DNA of 30,472 bases from the NCBI GenBank assembly GCA_963706025.1, contig CAVPLM010000012.1, forward strand, positions 1-30,472, in the 5' to 3' direction. Below are positions 27,584 to 30,472 of this stretch, piece after piece. The notes under the pieces are model-generated. The model was not told where the DNA came from. It did no database searches and was given only the letters and a program-made list of their open reading frames with translations. The position numbers and the translations under genes were made by a program. Within the stretch, counting starts at the first letter, position 1. Every line of letters starts with the position of its first letter. The DNA is from an uncultured Actinomycetes bacterium (GTDB taxonomy: Bacteria; Actinomycetota; Thermoleophilia; RBG-16-64-13).

Positions 27584-28941
27584 GCACCGAGCCCTGCCAC
27601 AAGGTCCTCTCCCCGACGGCGATCCTGGGCTACGGATTCCCGGAAGAGTCGTTCCGTCGCGGTCTGGAGAAGCACCCCGACCTCATCGGTGTCGATGCCG
27701 GGAGCACCGACCCGGGCCCCTACTACTTAGGTTCGGGCACGTCGTTCACCAGCCGGGCCGGGGTCAAACGCGATCTGGCGCTGATACTCGAGGCGGCGCT
27801 GGAAGCGGGAATCCCCTGCATCATCGGCTCGGCCGGGGGATCAGGCGCTCGGGAGCACGTGAACTGGGCGCGGGAGATCATTCAGGAGATCGCCCGGGAG
27901 CGCGGCCTCAGGTTCCGCATGGCCGTCATCAGCGCGGATTTCTCCCGGGACATGGTGACCGCGGCCCTGGACGCCGGCAGGATCTCATCCCTGTTCCCCG
28001 CTCCCGATCTCACCCGGGCTGATATCGAGGGAAGCACGAGAATCGTCGGGCAGATGGGAGCCGAGCCCGTGCTGGCCGCCCTGCGCGAGGAGCCCGACCT
28101 GATCCTGTGCGGTCGGGCCTATGATCCGGTGGTGTTTGCAGCTCCCGCCATCGGGGCCGGCTTCGACCCAGGTTTGGCGCTTCACATGGGCAAGATCCTG
28201 GAATGCGCTGCCATAGCTGCCACTCCTGGGAGTGGCAGCGACTGCGTTCTGGGTTCGCTCTACGAGGATGCGTTCGTACTTGAATCCCTGAACCCGGCTC
28301 GAGCATTCACCTCTGTGTCCACCGCGGCTCACACGCTCTATGAGAAGAGCGACCCCTACTCGCTGCCGGGCCCGGGAGGGACGCTGGACCTACACATGAC
28401 CCGGTTCGAGGAACTCGGCGGGGGCCGGGTGAGGGTGACCGGGTCGCGCTACGTGCCGGCCCCGGTCTACACGATCAAGCTGGAGGGAGCCGGTAAGGTC
28501 GGATATCGCACCATATCCATCGCCGGGATTCGAGACCCCCTCTTGATCAGCCAGATCCACGATGTGCTGGCGACCATCGAGGGCCGAGCGACACGAGACC
28601 TGAACATCGAGGGCCGGGTGCTGTTCCACGTCTACGGGCGCGACGGGGTGATGGGCCCGCGCGAGCCCGAGCGAGAGCGCGCCTCGCATGAACTGGGGCT
28701 GGTGATCGAGGCGGTGGCCGCCACTCAGGCCGAAGCGGACAGTCTCTGCTCGAGCGTGCGCAGCACCCTGCTTCACTTCGGGTATCCGGGGCGGATGGCC
28801 ACCGCGGGCAACCTCGCTCTTCTCTACAGCCCCTCCGACATCGCCTGCGGGGAGGTGTTCGAGTTCACCATCTACCACTTGCTCGAGGTCGACGACCCGG
28901 TGGCTCCTTTTCCGATCGAGTACTGCGAGGTGGGACCATGA
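27580..28941 (+). CDS. AtuA (DUF1446) family protein
   Basis: LGYGFP, DAGSTDPGPYYLG, IGSAGGSG, VGQMG, GRAYDP, HMGKILECA, AAHTLYEK, TAGNLA; ATGA-coupled to the upstream gene. Confidence 0.85.
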   Translation: MSTEPCHKVLSPTAILGYGFPEESFRRGLEKHPDLIGVDAGSTDPGPYYLGSGTSFTSRAGVKRDLALILEAALEAGIPCIIGSAGGSGAREHVNWAREIIQEIARERGLRFRMAVISADFSRDMVTAALDAGRISSLFPAPDLTRADIEGSTRIVGQMGAEPVLAALREEPDLILCGRAYDPVVFAAPAIGAGFDPGLALHMGKILECAAIAATPGSGSDCVLGSLYEDAFVLESLNPARAFTSVSTAAHTLYEKSDPYSLPGPGGTLDLHMTRFEELGGGRVRVTGSRYVPAPVYTIKLEGAGKVGYRTISIAGIRDPLLISQIHDVLATIEGRATRDLNIEGRVLFHVYGRDGVMGPREPERERASHELGLVIEAVAATQAEADSLCSSVRSTLLHFGYPGRMATAGNLALLYSPSDIACGEVFEFTIYHLLEVDDPVAPFPIEYCEVGP

Positions 28942-29273
28942 ACGATCGGCTCCCCCGACTGGTGGCTCTCTCGGAGCTGGCGGTCGTCATCCGCAGCAAG
29001 AATTCCGGGCCCTACGAACTGACTCTGGATGTCATCTTCCGGAACAAAGACGACTATTTGCGACTCAAGGAGAGAGACTTCTTTACCCCCGCTCTTATCG
29101 CGGGGCTGTACCAAACCGACCCCGAGGACGTGTTCAAGATCGTCTACTTCGACCCGGCTCTCGCTGTGAAGGCCACCATGAAGCGGCCGGTGCCTTCCGG
29201 AGCGCTGGGCGATACGGATATCTATGGGGCGCAGCAACACGCGCCTCTCCTGGGGTTGATGGTGGATGCTTGA
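28938..29273 (+). CDS. DUF4387 domain protein
   Basis: LAVVIRSKNSGPYELTLDVIF...GDTDIYGAQQHAPL; ATGA-coupled to the AtuA gene. Confidence 0.88.
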   Translation: MNDRLPRLVALSELAVVIRSKNSGPYELTLDVIFRNKDDYLRLKERDFFTPALIAGLYQTDPEDVFKIVYFDPALAVKATMKRPVPSGALGDTDIYGAQQHAPLLGLMVDA

Positions 29274-29478
29274 TCCGTCGTCGGCTGACCCTTCTATGTT
29301 CTTGAAGGCGGGCTGTACTGCTGGGCTCGTTTTCCGTCGCGCTGTGGTTTCATGCCAGGGGGTTGGTGGCAGATAGGGTATCCTAACGCGACATCAGGCG
29401 GCACATAGAGGGCTTGGAAAGTCCCATGCGCTGTCAGCCTGTCACCAAGCGTGACTACCGGTAGAAGGAGAGCCGAGA

Positions 29479-30456
29479 GTGGCTAATTGGAGGTCCCGGA
29501 TTCCGGGCTACGCGCGCGCGGCCCGCCGTCGCCGGTCGGCGCAACCACGCGTGCTCCCAGTGTCGCTCATCGTCCTTGTGCTTTCGCTGCTGGCGATCTC
29601 TCTCGTTACAGCGTGCGACGCGAGCTCAGAGACAACGACCAGCGTCACGAAGCCGAGCACCACCCTCTCAGCATCCAGTACCACGACACTCGGCGTTTCG
29701 GAGCTCGTCCTGGCGTCGACCACATTGACGAAGGACTCCGGCATTCTGGATGTCCTGGTGCCCGCCTTCACCGAGGCCTACCCGCAGCACATGGTGACGG
29801 TGATCGCCCTGAGCAGCGAGGAAGCTCTGAAGCTCGGGGAGGCCGGCGACGCCGATGTCCTGCTGGTGCACTCCCCAGCCTCCGAGGAGATCTTCATGGC
29901 CAACGGCTTCGGAATCGGGCGCAGGGCGGTCATGCATAGCGACTTCATCATCGTGGGACCGAGAGACGATCCCGTGGGGATCAAGGGTATGACCGACGCG
30001 GCCGGGGCGTTTGCCGCCATCGCCGGGGCACAGGCCCAGTTCTTCAGTCGTGGCGATGACTCCGACTTCTACGATGTCGAAAAGGGCATTTGGGAGGCGG
30101 CGAACGTCACGCCCTCGGGTGTCTGGTATCAACGTACCGACCAGGGGATGGCTGAGACACTCGTCCTGGCCGACCAAAGGGGCGGTTACGCGCTGACCGA
30201 CCGGGCGACCTATCTCTCGGCAAGGGCATCACACCAGCTGAGGATCCTGGTGCAGGGCGACGGGGCCCTCTTGAACCAATACCACGTGATAGCAGTCGAA
30301 GGCGCCAAGAACATGCAGGGCGCGGTCGATTTCATGAATTGGGTCACTTCCGACGACGTCCAGCGGGACCTCATCGCTCCATTCCGGTTCGAGATGAGGA
30401 GCAAGCGGCAATTCGTACAGCAGCTCTTCGTTCCCAACGCAGGCGAGGTCGAGTAG
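29479..30456 (+). CDS. TupA-like (tungstate ABC transporter type) substrate-binding lipoprotein with divergent binding motifs
   Basis: Lipobox LVTAC and Ser/Thr linker; DSGILD, DADVLLVH, DFIIVGP..DP, FFSRGDDS, YALTDRATY, LLNQYHVI. Confidence 0.8.
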   Translation: MANWRSRIPGYARAARRRRSAQPRVLPVSLIVLVLSLLAISLVTACDASSETTTSVTKPSTTLSASSTTTLGVSELVLASTTLTKDSGILDVLVPAFTEAYPQHMVTVIALSSEEALKLGEAGDADVLLVHSPASEEIFMANGFGIGRRAVMHSDFIIVGPRDDPVGIKGMTDAAGAFAAIAGAQAQFFSRGDDSDFYDVEKGIWEAANVTPSGVWYQRTDQGMAETLVLADQRGGYALTDRATYLSARASHQLRILVQGDGALLNQYHVIAVEGAKNMQGAVDFMNWVTSDDVQRDLIAPFRFEMRSKRQFVQQLFVPNAGEVE

Positions 30457-30472
30457 GGTCGAACTGCCTTTC

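Noticed and set aside
29274-29478. Moco/Wco riboswitch upstream of the TupA-like gene
   Set aside because: Only a weak GGAAAG-containing hairpin; the consensus elements are not recognisable. A cmscan would settle it.

Overview
GC-rich bacterial chromosomal window, probably from an anaerobic monoderm organism. SLH-anchored surface enzymes and a four-subunit 2-oxoacid:ferredoxin oxidoreductase point this way; a Thermoleophilia/Actinomycetota-like origin is my inference only. The left half encodes an SRPBCC protein, a secreted S8 protease with SLH domains, and a two-gene operon of an HpsN-like histidinol-dehydrogenase paralogue plus a 2,4-diaminopentanoate/amine dehydrogenase homologue. It continues with two tail-to-tail vapBC modules, EamA, a nitroreductase, a large single-chain eukaryote-like PurL, and a second tail-to-tail TA pair whose two toxins appear removed by one deletion. 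A degenerate GGDEF protein and an SLH L,D-transpeptidase follow. The right half is a ~13 kb catabolic block with no regulator: acyl-CoA dehydrogenase, crotonase, porCDAB, REP-like hairpin repeats, Ser/Thr dehydratase, DUF35 plus a Cys-less thiolase, and a qor-MmgE/PrpD-AtuA-DUF4387 operon. It ends with a TupA-like binding protein whose anion-binding motifs are altered. Six genes carry single frameshifts, most likely assembly indels. I saw no rRNA, tRNA, CRISPR array or transposase. The best candidates for an undescribed system are the HpsN-like/Ord-like operon and the Cys-less thiolase/DUF35 plus PrpD/AtuA/DUF4387 block. All family calls come from motif recognition by eye, not database searches.
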